NCBI GenBank assembly: GCA_003353955.1
Contig: PIVJ01000003.1
Coordinates: 2,378-66,377, forward strand
Length of the DNA stretch: 64,000 bases
Origin: Bacteroidota bacterium
GTDB lineage: Bacteria; Bacteroidota; Bacteroidia; Bacteroidales; GCA-2711565
Direction: 5' to 3'
The notes under the pieces are model-generated. The model was not told the origin of the DNA. It ran no database searches and saw only the letters and a program-made list of their open reading frames with translations. Positions 9,344-20,700 of the stretch are shown here, one piece after another (positions within the stretch are counted from its first letter, which is position 1; each line of letters starts with the position of its first letter). The translations under genes and the position numbers were made by a program.

Positions 9344-10756
9344 TTAAATTTTACTTAAATCTATATCAAAATGCACTTCTTTTTCAGGGCTACCACAATG
9401 AAGTACGCAAGTATCGCAAATGGAAAGCTCACCACGTAAGCGTTTTTTTACCATGTCGTCTATTCGCTCCCGCAATGGATCAATGGAAATATTGTTAATT
9501 ACCTCTGTGGCAAAAGCATACATTAATAACATTCGGGCATTATCTTCGCTAATTCCGCGTGAGCGTAAATAAAACATGGCTTCTAAATCCAGCTGCCCTA
9601 TGGTGGCTCCGTGACTGCATTTTACATCATCCGCATAAATTTCAAGAAATGGCAGAGTGTCAATAGTGGCAGTATCTTTCAATAAAATATTGTTATTATT
9701 CTGGAAAGCATTGGTGTTTTGAGCATCTTTTCTAACCATAATATGACCGTTGAAAATACCACTGGCCTCATCATCCAATATCCCTTTAAATAATTCACTA
9801 CTCGTGCAATTTGCAACTTTGTGATCTATGTAAACACGGTTATCAATATGCTGCTTATCGTCCATTAAATAAAGCCCGTAAACATTTGCATTCGATCCTT
9901 GCCCATTAAGCGCTACATTAATATTATTACGAATGAGGCCACCATTTAATGAAATTGCATTTGTTGATACATTGGAATTTGCATCCTGATTAATGTAGGT
10001 TGAATTTATTAATGTCGATTTGTTATTCAAATTTTGAAGTTTGGTATGATCTAGATTCGAGTTCTCTCCAATAAAAAATTCAGTGACTGAATTATTTAAA
10101 CTTGTTAGTTTATTTGTTGAATCATCGCATTGAACAAAAGTCAGGCTGCTATTGTTACCTAAAATAATTAAGTTGCGATTTTGCACCAAGAGGTTTTCAT
10201 CATGATTGATGATACTAACCATTTGGATAGCCCGATCAACCTGAACACCATCCGGAACATAAATAAATACTCCATCGATAGCAAAGGCTGTATTTAACGA
10301 ACTAAACGAATGCTCATTAATTTTATCGCTTTTGTTATAGTACTCATTAATCAGTTCCGGATATTCTTCCATCGCTTCTGCTAAACTTCCGATTATGGTA
10401 CCATTTTCAAAAGTCTTAAGTCTTGCATAGCCGTTTACCATCCATCCATTTAACAAAGAAAGTATATCAGTATCGAAATTATGAACTTCACAAATAAAAA
10501 GTTTGCTCAAATCAATATCCTGATTTTGAGGATGTAAAAATTGCTGATACCCTTTGGATAATACCTTTTTTAAATCAGTTCCCCTCCACGATTCATCCTT
10601 ACCAGAAGGAAAGCCCTTTTTGTCAAATTGCGCAATTGCTTCAGTTCTGAGAGCCGAAATATAATCTTTATCCTTTGAGAACACGCTGACTTTGCTTTCC
10701 TCAAAAAGATCAGTTAAATGCTTTTTTAATACGTTAGGTTTCGTATACTCCATCAT
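9344..10756 (-). CDS. sufD: Fe-S cluster assembly protein SufD
   Basis: 470 aa with the SufBD beta-helix C-terminal block EIYADDVKCSHGATIGQLD. Positioned between sufC and sufS. Confidence 0.8.
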   Translation of the reverse strand: MMEYTKPNVLKKHLTDLFEESKVSVFSKDKDYISALRTEAIAQFDKKGFPSGKDESWRGTDLKKVLSKGYQQFLHPQNQDIDLSKLFICEVHNFDTDILSLLNGWMVNGYARLKTFENGTIIGSLAEAMEEYPELINEYYNKSDKINEHSFSSLNTAFAIDGVFIYVPDGVQVDRAIQMVSIINHDENLLVQNRNLIILGNNSSLTFVQCDDSTNKLTSLNNSVTEFFIGENSNLDHTKLQNLNNKSTLINSTYINQDANSNVSTNAISLNGGLIRNNINVALNGQGSNANVYGLYLMDDKQHIDNRVYIDHKVANCTSSELFKGILDDEASGIFNGHIMVRKDAQNTNAFQNNNNILLKDTATIDTLPFLEIYADDVKCSHGATIGQLDLEAMFYLRSRGISEDNARMLLMYAFATEVINNISIDPLRERIDDMVKKRLRGELSICDTCVLHCGSPEKEVHFDIDLSKI

Positions 10757-10774
10757 TCTTCAAACAAGCTAATA

Positions 10775-11533
10775 TTAGTAGTTTTCATTTTCTTGTTTAA
10801 TCCAGTCATAGCCTTTTTCTTCTAACTCAATTGCCAGGTCTTTGCCTCCCGATTTCACAATCTGCCCATCATATAAAACATGAACAAAGTCGGGTTCGAT
10901 ATAATCTAGTAACCGTTGATAATGAGTAATGATTATAAATGCATTTTCAGAAGTTTTGAGCGTATTTACTCCATTAGCAACAATTCTTAAGGCGTCAATG
11001 TCTAAGCCAGAATCTGTTTCATCTAAAATTGACAAGGTGGGTTCCAGCATTGCCATTTGGAAAATTTCGTTTTTCTTTTTCTCTCCTCCGGAGAATCCTT
11101 CGTTTACCGATCGGTTGGTAAGCTTCGAATGAATTTCAACTATTTTTTTCTTTTCGTCCATCCTTTTCAAAAAATCAGTAGCAGGAATTGGATTCTTTCC
11201 CTGATATTCAAGATGTTCATTCATCGCGGTTCTCATGAAATTAGTCATACTTACACCGGGAATTTCCACAGGGTACTGGAAACTCAAAAAGATTCCTTCC
11301 TTGGCCCGATCCTCGGGTGGCATTTCCAAAATATCAATACCTTTATAAACAATTTCTCCCTTGGTAACGTCATATCCTTCTCGTCCGGTAATGGCAGCAG
11401 CAAGGGTACTTTTGCCCGTTCCATTAGGTCCCATAATTGCGTGTACTTCGCCCTTGTTTATACCAAGATTTAATCCTTTGATGATTTCTTTACCACCAAT
11501 TTCTAAATGCAAATTTTTAATATTCAATAACAT
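10775..11533 (-). CDS. sufC: Fe-S cluster assembly ATPase SufC
   Basis: 252 aa ABC ATPase with Walker A GPNGTGKST, signature FSGGEKKK and Walker B LSILDETDSGLD. Confidence 0.95.
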   Translation of the reverse strand: MLLNIKNLHLEIGGKEIIKGLNLGINKGEVHAIMGPNGTGKSTLAAAITGREGYDVTKGEIVYKGIDILEMPPEDRAKEGIFLSFQYPVEIPGVSMTNFMRTAMNEHLEYQGKNPIPATDFLKRMDEKKKIVEIHSKLTNRSVNEGFSGGEKKKNEIFQMAMLEPTLSILDETDSGLDIDALRIVANGVNTLKTSENAFIIITHYQRLLDYIEPDFVHVLYDGQIVKSGGKDLAIELEEKGYDWIKQENENY

Positions 11534-11551
11534 TCTTCTCTATTTTATTTA

Positions 11552-12997
11552 TTAACCAACGCTTCCTTCGAGCATTATCTGAAGTAATTTTTGTGCCTCA
11601 ACGGCAAATTCCATCGGAAGCTGACTTAACACCTCCTTGGCATATCCGTTTACAATTAAACCAATGGCATTCTCCGTGCTAATTCCTCGTTGATTACAGT
11701 AAAATAGCTGGTCATCTGATATTTTTGAGGTGGTTGCTTCATGTTCAATAACTGATGATTTATTATCTGCTTTTATGTATGGAAATGTATGTGCCCCACA
11801 TTTATCGCCCAACAACAAGGAATCACATTGCGAAAAGTTTCTCGAATTTCCGGCACGCTTCGTAATTTTAACCAATCCGCGATAACTGTTGTTGCTAAAT
11901 CCGGCAGAAATTCCTTTTGAAATGATCGTACTTTTTGTGTTTTTACCAATGTGAATCATCTTACTTCCTGTATCGGCTTGCTGATGATTATTTGTAACCG
12001 CAACTGAATAAAACTCACCTATCGAGTTGTTACCCAAAAGAATACAACTTGGATATTTCCAGGTAATTGCTGAACCTGTTTCAACCTGCGTCCATGCAAT
12101 TTTTGAGTTCGTTCCTTTACACATTCCACGCTTGGTAACGAAATTATATATTCCTCCTACTCCGTCCTTATTTCCGGGATACCAATTCTGGACAGTAGAA
12201 TATTTTACTTCAGCATTATTCATCGCCACTATTTCCACAATCGCTGCATGCAACTGATTTTCATCACGCATGGGTGCAGTACAGCCCTCCATATAGCTTA
12301 CGTAAGAATCATCTTCGGCAATTATTAAGGTTCTTTCAAACTGTCCTGTATTTGCTGCGTTAATCCTAAAATATGTTGATAACTCAATTGGGCATCTTAC
12401 TCCCTTTGGGATGTAACAGAATGATCCATCACTGAAAACAGATGAATTCAAGGCCGCAAAATAATTATCGGTATATGGAACTACTGATCCCATATGTTTC
12501 TTCACTAAATCAGGATGATTTGTAACGGCTTCGCTAAACGAGCAAAATATAATTCCGTGCTTTGATAAGGTATCCTGAAAAGTAGTTTTCACCGAAACGC
12601 TATCAATAACTGCATCAACGGCTACACCGGATAATCGCTTTTGTTCTTCAAGAGAAATACCTAGCTTTTTAAATGTTTCTAATAAATCAGGATCCACTTG
12701 ATCAAGGCTTTCCAGTTCCTTTTTTTTCTTAGGCGCTGCATAATAAATAATATCCTGATAATCAATTGGTGGGTGACTGATATGCGCCCAGGTAGGTTCC
12801 TTCAATTTCTGCCAATGCCGGAATGCTTTAAGCCTGAATTCAAGCATAAATTCAGGCTCCTTTTTTTTCCCAGAAATAAACCGAATGGTATCTTCCGTTA
12901 ATCCTTTCGGAGCAGTTTCAGTTTCGATATCGGTAACAAAACCATATTTATATTCTCCCTGAGTAACTTCATCAAGTATGTTATTTTTTTTACTCAT
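11552..12997 (-). CDS. sufB: Fe-S cluster assembly protein SufB
   Basis: Highly conserved SufB blocks, e.g. [28 protein letters not shown] at 12997 is preferred over the TTG at 13009. Confidence 0.95.
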   Translation of the reverse strand: MSKKNNILDEVTQGEYKYGFVTDIETETAPKGLTEDTIRFISGKKKEPEFMLEFRLKAFRHWQKLKEPTWAHISHPPIDYQDIIYYAAPKKKKELESLDQVDPDLLETFKKLGISLEEQKRLSGVAVDAVIDSVSVKTTFQDTLSKHGIIFCSFSEAVTNHPDLVKKHMGSVVPYTDNYFAALNSSVFSDGSFCYIPKGVRCPIELSTYFRINAANTGQFERTLIIAEDDSYVSYMEGCTAPMRDENQLHAAIVEIVAMNNAEVKYSTVQNWYPGNKDGVGGIYNFVTKRGMCKGTNSKIAWTQVETGSAITWKYPSCILLGNNSIGEFYSVAVTNNHQQADTGSKMIHIGKNTKSTIISKGISAGFSNNSYRGLVKITKRAGNSRNFSQCDSLLLGDKCGAHTFPYIKADNKSSVIEHEATTSKISDDQLFYCNQRGISTENAIGLIVNGYAKEVLSQLPMEFAVEAQKLLQIMLEGSVG

Positions 12998-13049
12998 ATT
13001 CTCTTTCAACCAAGCTTATTTATATTAAGTTTAAATAAGAATAGGACTG

Positions 13050-13057
13050 CAAAGATA
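13050..13057 (-). promoter_or_regulatory. -7 promoter box (TATCTTTG) for the suf operon
   Basis: TAnnTTTG on the minus strand, about 50 nt upstream of the sufB start, in the sufB/thiL divergent intergenic region. Confidence 0.45.
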
Positions 13058-13101
13058 CTTAAATTATGCGTTTAAGTAGAAATAAGTATGGATTAAATTT
13101 A

Positions 13102-13109
13102 TAATTTTG
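13102..13109 (+). promoter_or_regulatory. -7 promoter box (TAATTTTG) for thiL-uvrC
   Basis: TAnnTTTG 62 nt upstream of the thiL ATG. Confidence 0.45.
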
Positions 13110-13170
13110 TTGGCCGATTGAATTGTACTAATTTTAGTTAAAATATAGATTCATAAACAATTATTAAATC

Positions 13171-14226
13171 ATGAGCATGATTGAAAACGAAAAGCAACGA
13201 ACGGAGTTATCAGAATTTGGGGAATTTGGATTAATTGATCATCTCACTAAAAATATTAAGTTAAAACACAAAAGCAGTATTACAGGTGTTGGAGACGATG
13301 CTGCTGTTATAGGACCAGGGGACAAACAAATGCTTGTAACCACCGATTTATTAATTGAAGGTATTCATTTCGACATGACCTACATGCCCCTTAAACATCT
13401 GGGCTATAAGGCTGCTGTTGTTAACTTTTCGGATATTATCGCCATGAACGGGCTACCAACGCAAATGACGATTGGTATTTCTGCTTCCAACCGCTATTCT
13501 GTTGAGGCTCTTGAAGAAATCTATTCAGGAATTTATTTGGCCTGCGAAAAATATAATGTTGATGTAGTTGGCGGAGATACTACCTCAAGTGTGAGTAATT
13601 TATTTATTGCAATTACTGTTATCGGAGAAATTGATAAATCAGAAATTGTTTATAGAAATACTGCCAAAGAAAACGATTTGATATGCGTGAGTGGAGATTT
13701 AGGTGGAGCTTATATGGGCTTGCTGTTATTGGAGAGAGAAAAAGAAACTTATAAAGCAGATCCCAATATGCAGCCTGAATTATCCGGCTTCGATTATATT
13801 TTGGGTCGACAACTTAAACCTGAAGCCAGAATGGACATTATTAACCTCTTAAGGGATAACAAAATTGCACCTAGCTCAATGATCGACATTTCTGATGGAT
13901 TGGCATCTGAGATTAAACACATTTGCAAAAATTCCAATCTTGGTTGTAGTATTTATGAAGATAAAATCCCTATTAATATTGTTACTGTGAGCATGGCTGA
14001 AGAGTTTAAAATTGATCCAACCATTGCTGCATTGAGTGGCGGAGAAGATTACGAATTGCTTTTTACTATTAGCCAGGCTGATTATGATAAGATTAAAGAC
14101 CTAGAAGAAATTACAATAATTGGCCACATGACTAATAAGGCTTCCGGAGAAAATTTAATCAGCCGATCAGGCACATCTATACAACTTAAAGCTCAAGGGT
14201 GGGACGCAATGAATAAGTATGTTTAA
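13171..14226 (+). CDS. thiL: Thiamine-monophosphate kinase
   Basis: 351 aa AIR-synthase-fold protein with the GVGDDAAVI and VVGGDTTSS motifs typical of ThiL. Confidence 0.85.
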   Translation: MSMIENEKQRTELSEFGEFGLIDHLTKNIKLKHKSSITGVGDDAAVIGPGDKQMLVTTDLLIEGIHFDMTYMPLKHLGYKAAVVNFSDIIAMNGLPTQMTIGISASNRYSVEALEEIYSGIYLACEKYNVDVVGGDTTSSVSNLFIAITVIGEIDKSEIVYRNTAKENDLICVSGDLGGAYMGLLLLEREKETYKADPNMQPELSGFDYILGRQLKPEARMDIINLLRDNKIAPSSMIDISDGLASEIKHICKNSNLGCSIYEDKIPINIVTVSMAEEFKIDPTIAALSGGEDYELLFTISQADYDKIKDLEEITIIGHMTNKASGENLISRSGTSIQLKAQGWDAMNKYV

Positions 14227-14247
14227 TTTTTATTTAGCCTTAAAGGA

Positions 14248-16065
14248 TTGAAAAACAAAAACCCATATTTCGATCAACTTGCCAACATCATAAAAAGCTT
14301 ACCCGGTAAACCCGGAGTTTATCAATATTATGATAAGGATGGAAGAATAATTTATGTGGGCAAAGCCAAACACCTCAAAAAAAGAGTTTCCTCTTATTTC
14401 AATAAAGATCAATTTCTTAGTGGAAAAGTTGCTGTACTGGTTAAGAAAATTGCAAGTATTGAATTTATCGTTGTTGACACCGAGTTTGATGCATTATTAT
14501 TAGAAAACAACCTGATTAAGAAATATCAGCCTCGCTATAATGTGATGATGAAGGACGACAAAACTTTTCCTTGGATCTGCATTAAAAAAGAACGATTCCC
14601 TCGAATATTTTCTACTCGCCATACTATCAAAGACGGTTCCTTATACATTGGTCCATATGCTTCGGTAAGGATGATGAAAACAGTGCTAGATCTTGTTAAA
14701 CAACTTTATCCGTTGAGGAATTGTAACTATAAATTATCAGAGGAGAATATTTCAAATAAAAAGTTTAAGGAGTGCTTAGAGTTTCATTTAGGAAATTGTC
14801 TTGCACCATGCATCGGCAAACAAAATGAAGAAGATTATAATCAAACCATTAATGAAATTACAGATATTATTAAAGGAAATATAAGCTCAGTTGCCGCTCA
14901 ACTTCGGAAATTAATGAAGCAGTATGCCTATTCACAAGAATTTGAAAATGCGCAGGTGGTGAAGGAGAAATTGGAATTACTGGATCGCTATAAAAGTAAG
15001 TCAACCATTGTTAATCCTAAACTAAACAACATCGATGTTTTCTCTATTGTTTCAGATGAAAATAATGCCTTTGTTAATTTTTTAAAAGTGGTGAATGGAG
15101 CCATCGTTCAAGCTCATTCGGTTGAGTTAAAAAAGAAGCTTGATGAAACAGAAGAAGAACTTTTGGCTTTTGCTATAACGGATCTTCACCAACGATTTCA
15201 TAGCAACACGAAAGAAATTATTATCCCGCGAAAGATTTCATTGGAAATTCCCAATGTGACCTTTACCATTCCACAACGAGGTGATAAAAAACACTTATTG
15301 AACCTCTCTGAGCGAAATGCGAAATATTACAAACTGGATAAACAAAAGCAAAAAACATTGGTTGATCCTGAAAGGCATAGTAAGCGTATTTTGAATCAAA
15401 TGATGAAAGATTTACGATTGAAAGAATTGCCTGTTCAAATTGAATGTTTTGACAATTCGAATATGCAAGGGGACTATGCTGTTGCAGCAATGGTTTCATT
15501 TAAAAATGCCAGACCCAACAAAAAAGAATATCGTCATTACCATATAAAAACGGTAAGCGGCTCCGATGATTTTGCCTCAATGGAAGAAATCATTTACAGG
15601 AGGTATAAAAGATTACTGAATGAAAAGAAAGAACTTCCTCAATTAATTGTGGTTGACGGTGGAAAAGGACAACTTAGTGCAGCATTGAAAGCTTTAAACC
15701 TCTTAAAATTAAGAGGCAAAATTGCGATAATCGGTATTGCCAAAAGACTTGAAGAAATATATTTCCCTGGGGATTCAATTCCTTTATACATTGACAAAAA
15801 ATCCGAGACTTTAAAAACGATACAACACTTACGTGATGAAGCACATCGTTTTGGGATCGCACATCATCGTAAAAAGATGGAAAAAGGAACCATAAAATCT
15901 GTTCTCACAGAAATTGAGGGTATTGGATATTCTACAGCCCAAAAATTACTTTGGAGGTTTAAATCTGTAAAAAATATTCAGCGTGCTAAATTGGAAGATA
16001 TTGAAGAAATTATCGGGCATACCAAAGCCATTATTATTAGTACCTACTTCAAAAATGAAGCATAA
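14248..16065 (+). CDS. uvrC: Excinuclease ABC subunit C
   Basis: 605 aa with an N-terminal GIY-YIG block (PGVYQYYDKDGRIIYVGKAKHLKKRV), the UvrC central domain and a C-terminal HhH. Only a TTG start (14248) precedes the GIY-YIG domain. Confidence 0.95.
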   Translation: MKNKNPYFDQLANIIKSLPGKPGVYQYYDKDGRIIYVGKAKHLKKRVSSYFNKDQFLSGKVAVLVKKIASIEFIVVDTEFDALLLENNLIKKYQPRYNVMMKDDKTFPWICIKKERFPRIFSTRHTIKDGSLYIGPYASVRMMKTVLDLVKQLYPLRNCNYKLSEENISNKKFKECLEFHLGNCLAPCIGKQNEEDYNQTINEITDIIKGNISSVAAQLRKLMKQYAYSQEFENAQVVKEKLELLDRYKSKSTIVNPKLNNIDVFSIVSDENNAFVNFLKVVNGAIVQAHSVELKKKLDETEEELLAFAITDLHQRFHSNTKEIIIPRKISLEIPNVTFTIPQRGDKKHLLNLSERNAKYYKLDKQKQKTLVDPERHSKRILNQMMKDLRLKELPVQIECFDNSNMQGDYAVAAMVSFKNARPNKKEYRHYHIKTVSGSDDFASMEEIIYRRYKRLLNEKKELPQLIVVDGGKGQLSAALKALNLLKLRGKIAIIGIAKRLEEIYFPGDSIPLYIDKKSETLKTIQHLRDEAHRFGIAHHRKKMEKGTIKSVLTEIEGIGYSTAQKLLWRFKSVKNIQRAKLEDIEEIIGHTKAIIISTYFKNEA

Positions 16066-16120
16066 AAAAATCCCCTCGCTTATAGCAAGAGGATTAGTAT
16101 ATTTTCAAATTAGAGTTATT

Positions 16121-16798
16121 TTATTGCAGTGTAAATCTAACCGGTAAGTTAAACTGAACTCGAACCGGTTTATTTCTTTGTCGGCCCGGAATCCATTTGG
16201 GCATTCCTCTTATAACACGAACTGCTTCTTCGTCACAACCACCGCCGATACCTCTTGTTACCTTAACATCTGTAACCGATCCATCTCTCTCAACAACAAA
16301 AGTAACAAAAACCGTTCCCTGAATCCCACTCTCACGAGCCATTGTCGGATAGTTTATATTTCCCATTAAATATCTAATACGTGCTTTCTCGCCTCCAGGA
16401 AATGCTGCATCCTGTTCAACAATTGCAAAAATATGCTCCTCATCAATCTCTTCTTCTTCCATTTCAATTGGAATATACTCCTCAACTTCTGTTTCCTCAT
16501 CAGCTTCAGCATCAATGTCTATATCATCTTCAATTATTTCATCATCTTCAACAATTTCAACATCTGTTACCTGCTTTGGGGGTGGAGGTGGAGGTGGTTT
16601 GACTTTTTGCTCGGTGAGTGGTATAATTTCTTCAACTATATCAACAACTTCTCGTTGACCCAAGTCTAATTCTCTTTTGTCATAGCTTTTCCATTCAAAA
16701 GCAAAGAATACTATTGTTAGTGCTATAATTAATCCAAATTGTATAAATAATACTTTTTTTGTTTCAAGATCTGCTTTGGGGCTTTTTTTTGCATCCAT
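16121..16798 (-). CDS. tonB: Energy transducer TonB
   Basis: 225 aa with an N-terminal TM anchor, a PPPPPPP plus acidic linker, and the C-terminal TonB domain (AAFPGGEKA...GIQGTVFVTFVVERDGSV). Confidence 0.8.
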   Translation of the reverse strand: MDAKKSPKADLETKKVLFIQFGLIIALTIVFFAFEWKSYDKRELDLGQREVVDIVEEIIPLTEQKVKPPPPPPPKQVTDVEIVEDDEIIEDDIDIDAEADEETEVEEYIPIEMEEEEIDEEHIFAIVEQDAAFPGGEKARIRYLMGNINYPTMARESGIQGTVFVTFVVERDGSVTDVKVTRGIGGGCDEEAVRVIRGMPKWIPGRQRNKPVRVQFNLPVRFTLQ

Positions 16799-16880
16799 AA
16801 TGTTAGTTGTTATACTTAAACTACAATGGTTAAAATATTTTGCTAAAATATTAAAATTATTTACTTGTCTGTAAAAATCT

Positions 16881-17291
16881 TCAATTTCTTTTACTTATAA
16901 CTAAAAAGATTGTTAAACCCAGTGTACACCCTATAACGTTCGCGATAAAATCATAGAGATTTCCACTCCTATTTACAACTAAAAAAGTTTGTGCTATTTC
17001 TGATAAACCGCCAAAAATAATGCCAACAATCAATATTATAAATTTATTTAACAAATTAAGATTGCCCTTTTGATGCTTTATATATCCATTTGCCAGAAGA
17101 AATGTAAAAATACTATATAGGATCAGGTGAACAATTTTGTCCAGACTCATCCATTCCCATAAATTTCTCACTTTTGGCAGTATATTTCCAGAGATTCCTG
17201 ACAGTACAAGAATTAAAACAGACCATAGAATAACTGGCCAAAAGTTTCTTAAATATGTTTTGAGTGGAAGATTCAGCTTACTATTTTTAAT
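16881..17291 (-). CDS. VanZ-like membrane protein (start codon uncertain)
   Basis: The tracked 96-aa ORF (GTG at 17171) has the LDKIVH...Y block of VanZ proteins. The frame stays open 41 more codons upstream and encodes a TM helix (FWPVILWSVLILVLS). No ATG/GTG/TTG occurs there; ATT (17291) and CTG (17276) are the only candidates. Confidence 0.5.
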   Translation of the reverse strand: MKNSKLNLPLKTYLRNFWPVILWSVLILVLSGISGNILPKVRNLWEWMSLDKIVHLILYSIFTFLLANGYIKHQKGNLNLLNKFIILIVGIIFGGLSEIAQTFLVVNRSGNLYDFIANVIGCTLGLTIFLVISKRN

Positions 17292-17309
17292 TAGCTAAAA
17301 TATTTTCTT

Positions 17310-17690
17310 TTATGCTTCTAGCAATTCTTTGTATTGATCTGCAGATAGCAACTCATCTAACTCTTCGCTATTTGCGATTTTAATTTTAACGATCCATCCG
17401 TCACTATAAGGATCTTTATTTATGGTTTCCGGAGTTGATTCCAATTCTTCATTAAAGGCAATTACCTCACCACCAAGGGGCATAAATAAATCAGAAACAG
17501 TTTTAACCGCTTCAATGGTTCCAAACGCTTCTTCTTTGTCGAGTGTTTCTCCTTCCGTTTCCACCTCGATAAATACAACATCTCCTAATTCTTTTTGAGC
17601 AAACTCGGTAATGCCGATAGTAGCTTCGCTACCATTGATTAATACCCATTCGTGATCTTTGGTATACTTTAGATTTTCAGGTATATTCAT
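17310..17690 (-). CDS. gcvH: Glycine cleavage system protein H
   Basis: 126 aa with the lipoyl-lysine motif IEAVKTVSD and the typical HEW...ITEFAQ N-terminus. Confidence 0.95.
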   Translation of the reverse strand: MNIPENLKYTKDHEWVLINGSEATIGITEFAQKELGDVVFIEVETEGETLDKEEAFGTIEAVKTVSDLFMPLGGEVIAFNEELESTPETINKDPYSDGWIVKIKIANSEELDELLSADQYKELLEA

Positions 17691-17718
17691 TGATAATTAT
17701 TTAAAGTTAATGATGGGT

Positions 17719-17726
17719 CAAAAATA
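17719..17726 (-). promoter_or_regulatory. -7 promoter box (TATTTTTG) for gcvH
   Basis: TAnnTTTG on the minus strand, 28 nt upstream of the gcvH ATG. Confidence 0.45.
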
Positions 17727-17797
17727 CAATTTTTTAACAAATGATATATCGGAATTTAGTTTTTAATCTTTCTAAATTATGCCTGCTTTTGAATTCA

Positions 17798-20700
17798 TTA
17801 ATTTAATGTAAATCGTAAACTTATACCCCCATTGGTGGTAGAGTTAGGATATTGAGAACTCACGAAAGGATTATTGATGACCTTGTCGAAAAAGAATCGA
17901 ATACTGAATTTCTGATTAACTAAATAATCGGCAGCTGTATTAATAGAAATCACCTTCTGACCGGCAGAAATTTGATTAATGTCCTCATCAACTCTTCTTA
18001 ATGTGGTTTTATTACTTCTAATTAAAAAGTCGGCTTTTATATTCAAATCACTTTTCATTCTTTTTGAAGATTGTCCTCCAGCAGACTTCACTAATAATGA
18101 AATATCTTTAATACGATATCCACAACCAATTACCAATTCATCACTTTTTACCTCAACCAACTGATTATTTGCAAAGCTGAAAGATAGATTTCGAGATTTT
18201 TTAATAGCAATTCTTGCTGTTAAACTATTTTGCATAATCACATCGACACTAATTAAGGGGGAAAATTGCTCCGTTATAGACACCTGAGATATATCATACT
18301 CTGGGATATAATTTTCTCCGTCAACATATAAAACAGCAGGGTAACCACCATTCATTTCCCGTTCGACATTTGAAGAAAAGTTACCAACGTTGTAAGAAGC
18401 ACGGTATGCATGCATGATCGTTATACTTCTAAATATCTTCTGCAATTCCGGAATTCGGATCAATCCTGTATAGGTAATTCTCCAGTTCGGTATCGGAATG
18501 TTGGGGAACCCATTGAGCGGAATATCCTTGGCATCTTTACCTGTGTAAGCAGCCAATAAGGAATATAAAAGTACATCTTGAGAGGTAGGCCCATAACCAA
18601 CGGGATACCTTATAACATGGCCATTTACAGTATCAGCGGCAAATGTTTGTCCTGAATAATTTGGATTTTCTGATGCCAGACGATATGCGATGATTTGCCT
18701 GTTATCTTTCAATTTTTCAAAATTACCAGAAATATTGCCAGAAGATTCCCTTCTAAATGCTGAGGCCCATGCCATGATTGACATACTAAAACTACCGTTA
18801 TCAAGTGGTGAATAAGAATGGAAGTTCCCATCCGAATCTGCCCTGAAATACTCACTATGGTTTATCGAATAAGCACGATCAGCATTCAGCTCTATTTTAA
18901 GTTCAGGTATGGGTTCAATGGTTGCCCTAAATGTGAAGCTGGTTGTTCTCTTTGTTGCATAAGGTTGATTTAACAATGTATCTGGCGAAAGCCACCCATA
19001 CCGAACTGCATCATTTCTGATATCTCGCTGGTCGCCAAAAACAAACCCAATACCCGGAGCCAGACTCATTGGATAATCATTATCAAATTGAGGATATTGA
19101 TTATATATATTTTCACTCGGCTGATATTTCCAACTGTTTCCGAAAGAAGTCGGCTCTGGATAAAAGCCCGGAATAAACGTCCCACTGGTTTCTGTATAAT
19201 TAAACGATGCACGCTTAACGCCCGTTAATATTTTCAACGCATTATCTGCAACCAATTTAAAATAATTTGTCTTTGGTTTGCTTGATCCATCTTCCTCATC
19301 CGAACTCATTACTTCTTGTTGAAGATTTTTCCCAGCGGCATTGGGGTTTTTTGTTGGCCGCCTTCTTGTTGGTTGGTTTAGAGCCTTTAAGTATGGAATT
19401 TTATCGTATAACTTGGTCAAATTCAAATCGCCGGTTAATTGAATCTGTGCAGAATTTTCAATTTGATTTCCAAACTGATTCTGAATAGATCGTGGTGAAG
19501 CACCCCAGTTAAAAGTTCCCTGATACCTGAGTTGAGAGCTAATCCAGTTTAACAAGGGTATTTTCTGAATGGGAAGAGTATAATTAACATTAAGAAGTTG
19601 ATTATATCGATTAATGGTACCCAGATGTCTAATTTCATTTAATATTTCTTTTCGGTAGGCAGTATACTCCTCATCTCCTTTTTCAGGATTTCCCTGAGGT
19701 TCGTCGATGTAAGCAGTGGCGTTAGCCCTAAAATCGAGTTTTAAAGATTGTGATAAATCAAATTTTAAATTATAATTCCTGTTCCAATCCCATTTCTTTA
19801 TATAAAAGGTTTCAAGTAGAATATCTCCCCTACTCTTATTCCTAAGTGCTTTTTTATTGTATTCTCTAAACATATCAGATCTGAAAGAAATAAGTTTTGG
19901 CAGATAATAAAAGTTGAAATCCTGTATTATTCTTAAATACTTGGATTTTGAGAGAAATTTTGATTTTGCAAATGGCCTAACAAGTTTAGGGCTATTTGTA
20001 AAATTATATCCAAACCCTCCTTTATATACTCTTTTTATATCATAACTCACATCGATATTTCTGCTAAAAGTTTCAGAATAGGCGTATGAGAGATTCAGGT
20101 TTTCAATGTCATAAATTTGGGATTTCGAATTACTCGTTTTATTTTTTCTTACATTCATAAAATTAATATTCTTTCGCTGAACATAATCAACTACAATTCG
20201 CTTTAAAGAATCCTGTTCATTTTTGCTTTCAAAAGATTCAAGCTCACTCGTTAATTTAATATCCGGATCAAGCGGATTAAATTCAGGAGTGTTTTTTGTG
20301 TCCATATAATCAAAATGAAACGGAATCCTGATTCCCGACTTTTCAGGGAAGAATTTTCCCAATTCCAGATCTGTGCTGAAATCGAAAGCAGTGATGGCTT
20401 CTTTGTAAGTATCATTAACCCGTTGTTCAAGGCTTCCAAAACCCGGCGTATTATGACTGCCCATAAACGTTACCCTGCCTAAATCTGCCAAGTTCGCTGA
20501 AATGCGTGCAGTAGCAGCCCATCCCCCTTTGCTGCTAAAATCTGTAAGGCGTAGCTCATTTACCCATATTTCCGCACTTTTCTCCAATCCATCATCTCCG
20601 GAAGCAGTATTTATGCGTTTCGGGTTTCGGATGCCGATTAAGATTGCTTTTATATCACTAATGCTCGGTACCCCTAAAACCGTAACTTTTGCCTCTCCTA

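Noticed and set aside
10929-11555. Three plus-strand ORFs (67, 138 and 64 aa) overlapping sufC.
   Set aside because: They are antisense to a canonical ABC ATPase gene and have no recognisable motifs. These are shadow ORFs.
13010-13170. Possible TPP riboswitch upstream of thiL. Likewise a glycine riboswitch upstream of gcvH (17691..17797) and a lysine riboswitch upstream of dapA (60361..60478).
   Set aside because: The spacers are short (107-161 nt), very AT-rich and lack the conserved cores: CUGAGA/ACCUGAUCUGGAUAAUGCC-like for TPP, GGAGAG...CACCG for glycine, and the lysine L-box helices.
16064-16105. Hairpin between convergent uvrC and tonB (ATCC-CT-GC / GC-AG-GGAT).
   Set aside because: The stem has two internal mismatches and only 8 paired positions. 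It is a plausible bidirectional terminator but too weak to call.
16381-16669. Two plus-strand ORFs (73 and 78 aa) opposite tonB.
   Set aside because: They are generated by the low-complexity acidic/proline linker of TonB read on the other strand and are not credible genes.
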